DNA of 64,000 nucleotides. It comes from Candidatus Multivoradales bacterium. Lineage in GTDB: Bacteria; Acidobacteriota; Thermoanaerobaculia; Multivoradales; J023. How positions within the stretch are numbered: position 1 is the stretch's first letter; each line of letters begins with the position of its first letter. Shown here in pieces: positions 27,572 to 37,463 of this stretch. The translations under genes were made by a program, and so were the position numbers. The notes under the pieces were generated by a model that ran no database searches, was not told the DNA's origin, and was given only the letters and a program-made list of their open reading frames with translations. The DNA is taken from the NCBI GenBank assembly GCA_965248925.1, contig CBDFLE010000006.1, positions 2,752,001 through 2,816,000 on the forward strand. Direction: 5' to 3'.

Positions 27572-28065
27572 TCGCTCGCCACGGTTCTCGCCAAGAGCAG
27601 GTGCGGATCGAGCGCACCGCCGCCGGCTATCGAGTCGAAGTCGGCGATCAGGTCTACGACCTCGATGCCACCATCGCTCGCGGTGAGTTGCGCAGTCTGC
27701 TCCACCAGGGCCAGCACTACGAGGTCGCGGTCCATGCCACCGGCGCCGGCAAGTACTGGGTTTCGAACCACGGTGCCGGCAGCCAGGTAGAGCTGATGGA
27801 CCCCCTCACCCATCTCGCCCTTGCTAGCTCCGCGGCGGCCGGCGGCGGCGGCGGCCAAGTGGTCGAAGCCTACATGCCGGGCCGGGTGGTCAAAGTACTG
27901 GTCGAGGAAGGTCAAGAAGTCCAAGCCGGCGAGGGCTTGGTGGTGCTTGAGGCGATGAAGATGGAAAACGAGATCCAAGCCGAAAGCGCCGGCAAGGTCA
28001 CCAAGATATTGGTGGCGGAAGGCCAAACCGTCGAAGGCGGAGATCCGATGATCGAGCTAGCGTAG
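27562..28065 (+). CDS. Biotin carboxyl carrier (biotin/lipoyl attachment) protein
   Basis: MPGRVV, LEAMKMENEI biotinylation motif; GGAGG RBS before ATG 27562. Confidence 0.9.
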   Translation: MELIARHGSRQEQVRIERTAAGYRVEVGDQVYDLDATIARGELRSLLHQGQHYEVAVHATGAGKYWVSNHGAGSQVELMDPLTHLALASSAAAGGGGGQVVEAYMPGRVVKVLVEEGQEVQAGEGLVVLEAMKMENEIQAESAGKVTKILVAEGQTVEGGDPMIELA

Positions 28066-28073
28066 TCGAGGCA

Positions 28074-28862
28074 CTAGCTCACTGCCCACGGCAGGAGGCC
28101 CCAGGGCCAGCGCTCGACCTGCTCCCCCACCCACGCCGCGATCTGCTCGTCGAGCTGCTTCGCCGAACTCGCCTCTTTGACTTCGATACGGTAGCTCGCC
28201 GGGCTCAGGCGAAGGGCCTGAATAGCCCGCAGCGGGGCCTCGGCAGTAGCCGCTAGCAGCACGAGTTCTTCACCGAGCGACGAGCCGCCATCGGCATTCG
28301 CTGTGGCCTCGACCAGCCAGGCGATGTCGTTGCCTCGGGCTAATTGGTAGTTGGCCTCGCGCAGCAGTTGGCGGGAGACTACCGGGCCACAGAGGAGTAA
28401 CCCGCCGCGGTACAGCATCAGGGCGCGGCAGGCCATACCCCAACCGGCCAAGCGGGGCACGGCAACGACCGTTCCTGGACCGCCATCGCCAGCGGCCGAG
28501 GGTAGCTTCTCCCAATCCGCTAGCTGCCACTTGCGGCACAGCGCGATGGGCGAGACTCGCCCAGCCACCCAAGCCTCGGCGTCGGCGATCGAGTGCGCGC
28601 GGTAGCTGCGACAGGCTAAATGGCGAGCGCCGTCGGTGGGACCACTCTCCGGCCCCCCAGCCATGAAGCCAGCGCTGCGGGCGATCGCGGTATCGAGAAT
28701 CTTGTCGGGCATGAAGCTCGCCCGCAGGGCGCCGAGGTGCCCGGCCAGCCTCGGTGGCAAGGTGTCGAGCAGGCGCCGCCAGACACCGCTGAAGCCCAGC
28801 GCCTGGCGCAGCACGGCCTCGCTCTCAGGGGGCCAAGGGGAGGACTGAGTCTGAGGATTCAA
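28074..28862 (-). CDS. Degenerate LpxL/HtrB-family acyltransferase-like protein
   Basis: TTG 28862 overlapping the lpxK stop. GTVVAVPRLAGWGM, LARGNDIAWLVE, AATAEAPL...YRIEV, VERWPWGLLPW echo LpxL blocks, but the catalytic His and acid are absent. Confidence 0.5.
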   Translation of the reverse strand: MNPQTQSSPWPPESEAVLRQALGFSGVWRRLLDTLPPRLAGHLGALRASFMPDKILDTAIARSAGFMAGGPESGPTDGARHLACRSYRAHSIADAEAWVAGRVSPIALCRKWQLADWEKLPSAAGDGGPGTVVAVPRLAGWGMACRALMLYRGGLLLCGPVVSRQLLREANYQLARGNDIAWLVEATANADGGSSLGEELVLLAATAEAPLRAIQALRLSPASYRIEVKEASSAKQLDEQIAAWVGEQVERWPWGLLPWAVS

Positions 28863-29914
28863 CTTGGGTCTCCGAGGCGGGCCTCGATGGCCGCCAAACG
28901 CTGGTCGAGCCAGTCGAAGAAGGCGCTCTCGGGCTCGGCCACGAGCGCCAACTCGGCGACCGGCAGGTCGAGCTTGCCGGCCAGCTTGACGCGGTCTTTG
29001 CTGGTTAGCACGACAACCTTGGCACCGCATTGACGGAAGGTTTGGCGGATCTTTTCTCGGCTGGCCGACGGATAGGGATGGTGATCCGGAAAGCGGAGTG
29101 TTCCGGCCAGGGTGAATCCGGCGCTGAGCAGTGCTTTCTCGAAGCTCTGTGGGCGGGAGATACCACAGACCGCGAGCACCTTCTCCCCCAGGGGTAGGAC
29201 GCTACCGTCGAGATAGGTCGCTGGCCCGACCACCGTGCGGCTGGCGAATCCAAGTCCGCTGAAGCCATGGGGGCGGAGCGCTGCCGCCAACCGGTCGCCA
29301 TCGCTCGCATTCTTGCTGTCGGTGAGCAACACGGCGGCAGCGTGCCGACTGCTGGCCAGCGGCTCGCGCAGCCGACCCGTCGGCGGCAAGCGGCCTCCAG
29401 CGAAGGGGTCGGCGGCGGGGAATACCAGCAGATCCAGATCGCGGGCCAGCCGTAGGTGGGAGAAACCGTCGTCGAGCAAGAACACATCGGGCGGTGGTTC
29501 AAGCAACTCTAGCGCCGCCCGACCGGCGACCCAACGTTGCGGGTGAACCACCACCGCCACTCCGGGCAATTGGCTGGCCAACAAAACCGGCTCGTCGCCA
29601 GCGGTGGTGGCTTCGAGTAGCGATCCCTGGCCACGGCTGACCAGCCGCACCCCGCCGCCGCGGCTGCGATAACCCCGCGAAAGCACCGCCACCCGCCGCC
29701 CCGAATCGCGTAGGTGGGCGGCCACCGCGGCGGTAAGCGGTGTCTTGCCCCCGCCACCCCAACACAAGTTGCCGATCGACAAGGTTGGCCGTGGCAGCTG
29801 CTCGGCTCGGCTCGTCCAATAGTGCCGGCGCCAGCGGTGGCCGGCAGCATAGAAGAGCTGCCAGGGGGAGCGGGGCACGATAGGCGCCACCAGCGGGTTT
29901 GGCTCGGCCGTCAT
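28859..29914 (-). CDS. lpxK: Tetraacyldisaccharide 4'-kinase
   Basis: SIGNL..GGGGKTP, VLSRGY, GDEP, LLDDGFSH, LP.GRLREP, FPDHHPY, TSKDRVKL. Confidence 0.93.
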   Translation of the reverse strand: MTAEPNPLVAPIVPRSPWQLFYAAGHRWRRHYWTSRAEQLPRPTLSIGNLCWGGGGKTPLTAAVAAHLRDSGRRVAVLSRGYRSRGGGVRLVSRGQGSLLEATTAGDEPVLLASQLPGVAVVVHPQRWVAGRAALELLEPPPDVFLLDDGFSHLRLARDLDLLVFPAADPFAGGRLPPTGRLREPLASSRHAAAVLLTDSKNASDGDRLAAALRPHGFSGLGFASRTVVGPATYLDGSVLPLGEKVLAVCGISRPQSFEKALLSAGFTLAGTLRFPDHHPYPSASREKIRQTFRQCGAKVVVLTSKDRVKLAGKLDLPVAELALVAEPESAFFDWLDQRLAAIEARLGDPS

Positions 29915-31209
29915 CGGCGCTCCAGGCGGCTTACTGTGGCGAGCAGTGGAGCGATGGCTTGCAGACTGCTCTGCAAGGCGCCCCGGTTGGCTGCGATCAG
30001 CGCCGCCGCCCGCTGACCGACTTCGGCGGCACTGGCGGGATCAGCGAGCCACTCGGTCCAGGTGGCGGCGAGGGAATCGACGTCGGAGGCTCGCCGCCAA
30101 GCTCCTGCTCGGTCGTAGAGCTCGGCGATCTGGCGAAAATTGAACATCGATGACCCAACCACTGTCGGCACCGCGAACCGAGCTGCTTCGAGCGGGTTGT
30201 GGCCGCCGGTCGGCACCAACGTACCGCCGATAAAGCAGGCTGTGGCCAGCCGGTAGAGCGCGGCGAGCTCGCCCAGGCTGTCGAGCACCAAGACATCCAC
30301 CGTGCCGCTGACCGCTGGTGCCTCGAAATCGATCTCGCTACGCCGCTGGCAAGTCAGGCCGCGCTCCTCGACCCAGCGCACCGCCGAGTCCCAGCGTTCG
30401 GGATGGCGAGGCACCAGGATCAGCAACGCCTTCGAACCGCCGCCGAGGCCGGCAAAGGCGTCGAGTACCAAGGCATCTTCGCCCTGCATGGTGGAGCCGG
30501 CGAGCAAAATGGGTCGGCCGTCGGCAAGTTGCTGGACGGCGCCTTCCAAGGCCGGCAGAGGTGCTGGCATCTCGGTCTCGAACTTTAGATTGCCGCAAAC
30601 CGCCAAGCGCTCCGTGGCGACTCCCAACTCCGCCAACCGCTGGCGATCTTCATCGGTTTGCAAGGCGAACTGGCCGACACCGTCGAAGAACAGCCCGAGC
30701 AGCCAGCGCACCCGCCGCAGGCGACCGAAGCTGCGCAGCGAGACCCGGCCATTGACCACCGCCACCGCCAGACCGCGCTGCCTGGCGTGGTGCAGCACCA
30801 GAGGCCAGTAGTCGCCCTCGATCAAGAGCAGGGCGGCGGGCTCGAAGTGGCGGTAGAAACGGCCGACGGCGAAACCGAGATCAAACGGCAGATAGGTCAC
30901 CACGGCGCGGCCGGCAAAGGGCGAACGCGGGCCAAAGGCGGCCCGGGCACGTTCCTGGCCGGTCGGGGTGACGGTGGTGATCAACAATGGCAGATCGTCC
31001 GGCAAGGCTCTCGCCAAGGTGGCGGCGACCCCTACCTCGCCTACCGAGACGGCGTGGATCCACAGCGCGCCGCGGGCCCCCGCCGGTGGCTGTCGTCGGC
31101 CCAGCCGGCCGGCCAAGGTTGCCAGGTAGTGGCCGCTGCGCCGCAGGAGCAGAAACGGGGCCGCTAACAACAAGCCGCCAGCCATCGCCAGCTGGTAGAG
31201 AATCCACAT
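29911..31209 (-). CDS. waaA: 3-deoxy-D-manno-octulosonic acid transferase
   Basis: WIHAVSVGE, TVTPTG, YLPFD, GNLKFE, VPRHPER, DSLGELAALY, GGHNPLEAA. Confidence 0.95.
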   Translation of the reverse strand: MWILYQLAMAGGLLLAAPFLLLRRSGHYLATLAGRLGRRQPPAGARGALWIHAVSVGEVGVAATLARALPDDLPLLITTVTPTGQERARAAFGPRSPFAGRAVVTYLPFDLGFAVGRFYRHFEPAALLLIEGDYWPLVLHHARQRGLAVAVVNGRVSLRSFGRLRRVRWLLGLFFDGVGQFALQTDEDRQRLAELGVATERLAVCGNLKFETEMPAPLPALEGAVQQLADGRPILLAGSTMQGEDALVLDAFAGLGGGSKALLILVPRHPERWDSAVRWVEERGLTCQRRSEIDFEAPAVSGTVDVLVLDSLGELAALYRLATACFIGGTLVPTGGHNPLEAARFAVPTVVGSSMFNFRQIAELYDRAGAWRRASDVDSLAATWTEWLADPASAAEVGQRAAALIAANRGALQSSLQAIAPLLATVSRLERR

Positions 31210-31468
31210 TGGGTGAGGAGTATAATCGGAGGTCAGGCTGGTCGGTGGGAGGCCGAAAGACCCCGCCGCTACGAGCCAGAGAAGCCTTGGACACTCTGCC
31301 CGAATACGCCGTATATATCAGGTGAAGAGGGGACGGCGCGACCCCTGAGCGGTGAAGAGCACTGCGATCCGTGACCCGGAGGCGCCGAAGCCGGTGAATG
31401 AAGACGATACATCAGCTGACCAGCAAACCGGCGAGCCACCGCCACCGAGAGCGGAATCGGGAGCAGAA

Positions 31469-32146
31469 ATGTCCACTCAACCTCAACTAGCCAACGACAG
31501 CGGCCCGCGCCTGGCCTACTCCGCTGCTCAGCTCAGCGCCGATCTGCACCAGGCCACGGACCGGGAGTTGCTCGCCGCGCTGCGTCTGGACGATGAAGCA
31601 GCGCTCGACGAGATCATCCATCGCAAGACCCGGCCGCTGCTGCAAATGGTCTACCGCATGGTCGGCGATCGCGAGGAAGCCCGCGACATCGTCCAGGTGA
31701 CCCTTTTTCGGGTGTGGGAGAACCGCACCAAATTCGATCAGCGTTGGAGTCCCAACACCTGGATCTACCGCATTGCCTCCAACCTGGCGATCGATCACAT
31801 CCGTTCACGGCGCAGTCGCGAGCGTTCGGCCGAGCCTGTGCGGTTGCACCTAACTGGCATCGCGCAATCTTCTTTTCGGCACGAGAAGGCCCGCCTCGAC
31901 GAGCGCGAGGTGTTGGACATCTTTCACCAGCTTGCGGCTGGCTTGACCGCTAAGCAGCGCCTGGTTTTCTTGTTGCGTGAGGTCGAGCAAATGACCTCGA
32001 AAGAGGTCGCGGAAATCGCTGGCTGCCGCGAATCAACGGTTCGTAACCACCTGTTTAATGCGCGCAAGTATCTGCGCGCGAAGGTGCTCGAGCGCTATCC
32101 CGAGTATGCTCGTGCTTACACCACGGACGCGGAGGAAGGTGTATGA
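31469..32146 (+). CDS. ECF-family RNA polymerase sigma factor (alternative start GTG 31352)
   Basis: Region 2 DREEARDIVQVTLFRVW...TWIYRIASNLAIDHIR; region 4 LTAKQRLVFLLREVEQMTSKEVAEI...TVRNHLFNARK. Confidence 0.92.
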   Translation: MSTQPQLANDSGPRLAYSAAQLSADLHQATDRELLAALRLDDEAALDEIIHRKTRPLLQMVYRMVGDREEARDIVQVTLFRVWENRTKFDQRWSPNTWIYRIASNLAIDHIRSRRSRERSAEPVRLHLTGIAQSSFRHEKARLDEREVLDIFHQLAAGLTAKQRLVFLLREVEQMTSKEVAEIAGCRESTVRNHLFNARKYLRAKVLERYPEYARAYTTDAEEGV

Positions 32147-32589
32147 GCGAACGCCAACACCCCACAGATCGAGATCCGGCATTGGCGATATTTCATGCTT
32201 TGCCCGCGCTTGAGGTCTCTCTTGATGAGATCGAGGCGATGAAGGGCGCGGTCGCCTCCATGCGGCGGGCCGAGAGGCATACCGCGCCGCTTGTTCAGCG
32301 CCGCAGATTGGGTTGGGGTCGGGCGGCGGCGATCGCGGCAGTGCTGCTCACCGCGGTCTTGCTCCGTGGTGCCGCGCCTCCGGTAGCCGGCCTCGATGCC
32401 GGCTTGGGACCGGCGGCGGCGATTTTGATCGTCCAGCCGCGAGTCGACCAGGCCACGGCGCAGCTGGCGGATTACGCGAGCTATGTCACCCAGCTGCCGC
32501 TGATCGATGGCCTCGAAGAGCCGCTGCTGCAATTTCACGACGAGGGCCTGTCGTTGGTCTTTATCGCTAGTGAGCATCTCGATGTCTGA
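32143..32589 (+). CDS. Single-TM protein, candidate anti-sigma factor
   Basis: ATGA-coupled to the ECF sigma; one TM (WGRAAAIAAVLLTAVLL) between short cytoplasmic and periplasmic parts. Confidence 0.55.
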   Translation: MSERQHPTDRDPALAIFHALPALEVSLDEIEAMKGAVASMRRAERHTAPLVQRRRLGWGRAAAIAAVLLTAVLLRGAAPPVAGLDAGLGPAAAILIVQPRVDQATAQLADYASYVTQLPLIDGLEEPLLQFHDEGLSLVFIASEHLDV

Positions 32590-33439
32590 GTCTTCAATGC
32601 ACAGCTCAGTGCAGAAAGATTCAGTGCAGAAAGCTGCTGTTTGGCGTCGGTCAGGTGTCGGTTTCGGAATGCTAGTGCTCACCCTGGTCGTGGCCGCCGT
32701 GCCGCTGGTGGGTCAAGGTTCCGAGGTGCCCAGTGGGCACGTCGTGACTGGCACCCCGACCGGCCACACCGGACCCGCCACTAGTGTTTACGCCCACACC
32801 TTTCGCCACCAACAGGCCAGCGATGCAATCGCTTTGGTGCGCTTGGTGCTATCGCCCACTGGTTCGGTCGAGCTGCAACCGGCGGGCAATTCACTGGTGG
32901 TGCGCGATCGGGTGGCGCGGATCGCCCATATTCAACGGCTGCTCGGCCAGTTCGATCATCCCCTCCAAGATCTGCGTTTCGAGATCAACGTCTTGCGTGC
33001 CGGCGGCTCCTCGGCGAGTCCCGTAGGAGCTGGCGGCAGCGGCAAGAACACCTTGCCAGCCGATCTGGTGGCACGTTTGAAAGACCTGCTGCGCTATGAG
33101 TCTTACGAGTTGCTGGCTCGTACCGAGCTGTCTTTGAAAGAAGGCGAGGCCGTGACTTATGCGCTGGGCGACCGCTACAGCGTTAGCTTCCGTCCGGGCA
33201 CTATTCTGGCCGACCGCCGGATGCGATTGCAGGATTTCGAGATCTTGCAGCGCTCGCCGGAGAGTGCCAACAAGAGTCGCCGCTTGGAGCCGCACCGGCT
33301 GGTGCAAACCCACCTAAACCTGTGGATGGATCAGGTCTTCGTGCTCGCTGTCGCCCAGAAGGATGGCGGCGCGAACGACGGAGTGCTGATGGTCGCCATC
33401 ACTTGCCGCCGCGAGGAGCCCAGCGCGAGAGAGCGGTAA
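32582..33439 (+). CDS. Secreted protein with a NolW/secretin-N-like domain
   Basis: Signal segment, then HTFRHQQASDAIALVRLVLSPTGSVELQPAGNSLVVRD...IQRLLGQFDHP (NolW-like repeat). Confidence 0.65.
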   Translation: MSESSMHSSVQKDSVQKAAVWRRSGVGFGMLVLTLVVAAVPLVGQGSEVPSGHVVTGTPTGHTGPATSVYAHTFRHQQASDAIALVRLVLSPTGSVELQPAGNSLVVRDRVARIAHIQRLLGQFDHPLQDLRFEINVLRAGGSSASPVGAGGSGKNTLPADLVARLKDLLRYESYELLARTELSLKEGEAVTYALGDRYSVSFRPGTILADRRMRLQDFEILQRSPESANKSRRLEPHRLVQTHLNLWMDQVFVLAVAQKDGGANDGVLMVAITCRREEPSARER

Positions 33440-33505
33440 GCCGGGCGGCGTACTCGCCGCCTACCCCGAATCCTGGATCCGACCGCGACTCTTCCGATTC
33501 CCGTC

Positions 33506-34720
33506 ATGCAGTACGTTTGCCGGCTAGGCACCCCCGACGGCCGAGTGCTGACCCAGATCGAAAAGGGCAGCGATGAAGACTCCCTGCGCCGCAGTCTCGA
33601 GCGCCAGGGGTTTCATATTTTTGAACTTCGCCAGCGGGGCCTGAAGATCAGCTTGCCTTTCTTCGGCAAGGGCCGCCGCAAGAAGCTCAAGATTCAGGAG
33701 TTCCTGCTCTTCAACACGGAGCTTGCCGCTCTGCTGCGGGCTGGTTTGCCTCTGTTGCAGGCCCTGGAGTTGATGCTCGAGAGCATGGAGAATGAGGACT
33801 TCAAGAGCGTTCTCAGCGAAATCTACGAGAACGTCAAGTCGGGGGCCGAGTTATCTGATGCCTTCGGTGAGCATGGAGACATGTTTCCCTCGCTCTATGC
33901 GCCGACCTTGAAGGCCGGTGAGCGATCGGGTGAACTCGAGCAGGTGGTGCGGCGCTTTGTTCGCTACCTGCGGCTTGTGCTCGATGCGCGCAAACGGGTG
34001 GTGTCGGCCTTGGTCTACCCGCTAGTGCTGATCGGCTTGTCGATCGCCATGCTGGTGCTCATGGCGATCTTCGTGGTGCCCAACTTCTCCCGCTTCTACG
34101 CCGATCTGGGCGCCGAGCTGCCGACTATCACCAAGGTCACTCTGGGCATCTCGTTCTTCATCCGCGACTACTTCTTTTTCCTGGCAGGGGGGCTGTTCCT
34201 GGCCTCTTGGGCTTTCCGGCGGTGGCGAGCGACACCGAGTGGGCTCTTGGTGGTCGACCGCTGGCGGCTGCGGCTACCGATTCTGGGCACCATCTTTCAT
34301 TACTTCTCGTTGGCTGAGTTCTGCCGCTCACTGGCCACCCTGCTGACCGGTGGCATTCCGCTGGTCTCAGCGATGGAGACCGCGGTGAGTTCGGTGTCGA
34401 ATGCCTATATCAGCGCTCAGCTGGGGCCGCCGATCGACGAAGTTCGCGAAGGTCAGGCATTTCATGAGACTCTGCGCCGCACCGAAGAGTTTCCCAACCT
34501 GGCGATCGACATGATCAAGGTGGGCGAAGCGACCGGTGCGCTCGACGACATGCTGACCGCCGTAGCCGACTACTTCGATGAGCAGGTCGAAGTGCGGATG
34601 CAACGCCTGCTGTCGCTGGTCGAGCCTTTCATGCTGATTGTCATGGGCTGCATCATCGCGGTGCTGCTGATCTCTATCTACCTGCCGATGTTCAGCGCTC
34701 TCAGTTCGGTCGGAGGTTGA
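33506..34720 (+). CDS. pilC: Type II secretion/type IV pilus platform protein (GspF/PilC family)
   Basis: LAALLRAGLPLLQAL, AGERSGELEQV, SALVYP, MIKVGEATGALDDML, LVEP motifs. Confidence 0.9.
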   Translation: MQYVCRLGTPDGRVLTQIEKGSDEDSLRRSLERQGFHIFELRQRGLKISLPFFGKGRRKKLKIQEFLLFNTELAALLRAGLPLLQALELMLESMENEDFKSVLSEIYENVKSGAELSDAFGEHGDMFPSLYAPTLKAGERSGELEQVVRRFVRYLRLVLDARKRVVSALVYPLVLIGLSIAMLVLMAIFVVPNFSRFYADLGAELPTITKVTLGISFFIRDYFFFLAGGLFLASWAFRRWRATPSGLLVVDRWRLRLPILGTIFHYFSLAEFCRSLATLLTGGIPLVSAMETAVSSVSNAYISAQLGPPIDEVREGQAFHETLRRTEEFPNLAIDMIKVGEATGALDDMLTAVADYFDEQVEVRMQRLLSLVEPFMLIVMGCIIAVLLISIYLPMFSALSSVGG

Positions 34721-34860
34721 CGGCGAAGGGGCGGAGTGCAAATGACCGAAGGGTAGACCAGTTTTCTCTGGGCGACAGGACTCTAGGCAAAGGCGGGCAG
34801 GGCCTAGACGGACGCTGGCCCACAGCCGTTTGAAGAAGCAAGGACCGAAGGACCGAGGCT

Positions 34861-36510
34861 ATGGAAACCGACATCGACACATTGCAAACCGAGCTTGCCG
34901 AGCCCGGCGGAGATTACGCCGCCGCGGTCGCCAAAGCCGAGGTGGAAGAGCAAGCTGCTCGGCAGATGGCGGCCGACTACGGGCTCGAATTTGTCGATAT
35001 GCGCAATTTCCGGATCCAGAACGACCTGTTTCGCCGGATTCCGTTCGAGCACATGTTGAAGTACTCGTTCATCCCCGAACGCCAAGTCGACGGTCGCTTG
35101 GTGGTGGTGATGGCCGATCCTACCGATGTGCGCAAGGTCGACCAGCTGGAGCTGTTGCTCGGCTTGCCGGTAGAGCCGCGGGTGGGAGCGCTGTCGGCGA
35201 TCGAAGACATTCTGCAAAAGTCCGATAGCACCCAGCGATTGGTCGAGGAGGCCACCGCCGGGCTGGTCATGGTCAAGGGCGATGGCGACGACGAGGATAT
35301 GTCCCTCGAGTCTCTGACCCAGGACGATTCGAGTCCGATCATCAAGCTCATCGACTCGACCCTGTACAACGCCATTCAGCGCCGCGCCAGCGATATTCAC
35401 GTCGAGACCGGCGAGAACGAAGTCAACATCAAGTACCGCATCGATGGCGCCCTCTACCGGGCGATGGACACCATCGACAAGAGTCATCACCAGACCATCA
35501 TCAGCCGTATCAAGGTGATGTCGGAACTCGACATCGCCGAAAAGCGCATCCCGCAGGATGGCCGCTTCAAGCTCCGCCTGCGCGGTCGCACGATCGATTT
35601 TCGCGTCTCCATTCTGCCGACGGTGCACGGTGAGGATTGCGTTATTCGTATCCTCGACAAGGAGTCAATGAACAAGGAGTTCAAGAGCCTTCGGCTCGAT
35701 ATCTTGGGCTTCGACACCGGCACCATGGCGAAGATGCGCAAGTTCATCCGCGAGCCCTATGGCATGGTTCTGGTCACCGGGCCCACCGGTTCGGGAAAGA
35801 CCACGACCTTGTATGCCTGCTTGTCGGAGATCCAGTCGCCCGAGGACAAGATCATCACCATCGAAGACCCGGTCGAGTACCAGCTCGCCGGGATCTCGCA
35901 GATTCCAGTGAACGAAAAGAAGGGCCTGACTTTCGCCCGCGGCCTGCGTTCGGTCTTGCGCCACGACCCGGACAAGATCATGGTGGGCGAGATTCGCGAC
36001 GAGGAGACTGCCCAGATCGCCATCCAGTCGGCGCTCACCGGCCACTTGGTGTTCACTACCGTGCATGCCAACAACGTGGTCGATGTGCTGGGTCGCTTCC
36101 TCAACATGAAGGTCGACCTGTACAATTTTGTCTCGGCGCTGAATTGCGTCCTGGCGCAGCGCTTGGTACGCCGGATCTGCGATCATTGCAAGCAGCCGGT
36201 GAAAGTGTCCGAAGAATTGCTGGTCGACAGCGCCTTGAACCCCGACATCTATCGTGAGGTGACCTTCTATGAGGGGGCGGGCTGCATCGAATGCAATGGC
36301 ACCGGCTACATGGGCCGCCTGGCGGTCTCAGAGTTGTTGGATTTGTCTGATCATATCCGCGAGCTGATCTTGTCGCGGCGGCCGGCGTCGGAAATCCGTC
36401 GAGTGGCTAAAGAAGAAGGAATGAGCTTCCTGCGCGAATCGGCGCTAGAGAAGGTCTTTCAGGGAGTGACGACGCTTCGTGAAGTCAATAAGGTTACCTT
36501 CGTGGACTGA
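34861..36510 (+). CDS. pilB: GspE/PilB-family assembly ATPase
   Basis: ASDIHVE, LDIAEKRIPQDG, Walker A GPTGSGKTTT, TIEDPVEY, LRHDPDKIMVGEIRD, CxxC...CxxC. Confidence 0.93.
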   Translation: METDIDTLQTELAEPGGDYAAAVAKAEVEEQAARQMAADYGLEFVDMRNFRIQNDLFRRIPFEHMLKYSFIPERQVDGRLVVVMADPTDVRKVDQLELLLGLPVEPRVGALSAIEDILQKSDSTQRLVEEATAGLVMVKGDGDDEDMSLESLTQDDSSPIIKLIDSTLYNAIQRRASDIHVETGENEVNIKYRIDGALYRAMDTIDKSHHQTIISRIKVMSELDIAEKRIPQDGRFKLRLRGRTIDFRVSILPTVHGEDCVIRILDKESMNKEFKSLRLDILGFDTGTMAKMRKFIREPYGMVLVTGPTGSGKTTTLYACLSEIQSPEDKIITIEDPVEYQLAGISQIPVNEKKGLTFARGLRSVLRHDPDKIMVGEIRDEETAQIAIQSALTGHLVFTTVHANNVVDVLGRFLNMKVDLYNFVSALNCVLAQRLVRRICDHCKQPVKVSEELLVDSALNPDIYREVTFYEGAGCIECNGTGYMGRLAVSELLDLSDHIRELILSRRPASEIRRVAKEEGMSFLRESALEKVFQGVTTLREVNKVTFVD

Positions 36511-37462
36511 GCGTTTGCTGGGCTCGGCGTCGGTGGCAGCACCCCCCGATGTCTTCGCGCTCGATGGGCGCGAGTTGCGCCATGCCCGCCTCGACCAGGG
36601 TCCGCAGGGTTACGTTTTCGAAGGTTACCGCTGGCAGGAGCTGCCGGCGGAGACCTTTCAAGATGGCGCTCTGGGCGGCACGTTGCGTTCCCCGGGGGAC
36701 TTCCAGGCCCAACTCGGCGAGTTCATCGGCCGTTCCCGCGAGCCGATCAAGCAAGCCTCGTTGGTGCTGCCTGATGAATGGCTGCGGCTGACTTTTGCCG
36801 AAATCACCGAGCTGCCACGCAAGGTAGATGAGGTCGAAGACGTGCTGCGGTGGAAGCTTAGACGTTTGGTGCCGTTCAATGTCGACGATCTGCGAGTCTC
36901 GGCGACGGAGGTTTCTCCGGTGCCGGGCCAGGATGAGCCGCGGCGCTTGATGCTGGGCATTGGTTTAGAGAATCAGCTGGCCCAAATCGAGGCCAGCTTC
37001 GCCGCCGCCGGGGTGCAGATCGGCACCATCACCAACACCACTCTGGCCTTGCTGTCGAGCCTCGAAGAAGCGGTCGAGCGAGACGATTTAGCGGCCTTGG
37101 TCAGCACTGATGGTGAGACCTACACCTTGACCTACTTCCACGCTGGCGAGCCCTTGATTTACCGCTTCAAGGCTTTCACCATGGCGATGTCGGCCGAGGC
37201 CCGCGAGCATTCGGTATCCCGTGATTTGCGGTTGACCGGCAGCTTCATGCGCGAGCATTTCTCCGAGCTATCGTTGCGGCGGGTCTTCCTGGCGGCGTCG
37301 ACCGAGGTAGAAGACGATTGGGGACGGTTGATCCAAGCAGAATTGGCAATGCCAGCTGAACCGCTGAACCTCGACCACTTCCCTATGGTGGGTGCCCAGG
37401 TGGATGCTTCTTGGTTGGAAACCGCGCCTCTGCTCGGCGCCGCGCGGTTGGAGGTCGCCTGA
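36479..37462 (+). CDS. PilM/GspL-like actin-fold assembly protein
   Basis: Follows the ATPase; ASLVLPDEWLR..F, VLRWKLRRLVPF, FAAAGVQ.G pattern. Confidence 0.65.
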   Translation: MKSIRLPSWTERLLGSASVAAPPDVFALDGRELRHARLDQGPQGYVFEGYRWQELPAETFQDGALGGTLRSPGDFQAQLGEFIGRSREPIKQASLVLPDEWLRLTFAEITELPRKVDEVEDVLRWKLRRLVPFNVDDLRVSATEVSPVPGQDEPRRLMLGIGLENQLAQIEASFAAAGVQIGTITNTTLALLSSLEEAVERDDLAALVSTDGETYTLTYFHAGEPLIYRFKAFTMAMSAEAREHSVSRDLRLTGSFMREHFSELSLRRVFLAASTEVEDDWGRLIQAELAMPAEPLNLDHFPMVGAQVDASWLETAPLLGAARLEVA

Positions 37463-37463
37463 G

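Noticed and set aside
32606-32633. Short tandem repeat TCAGTGCAGAAAG x2, and a similar GGAAGATGCCGC x2 near 44331-44357
   Set aside because: In-frame 15-nt duplications in flexible N-terminal regions; only two copies each, not an array.
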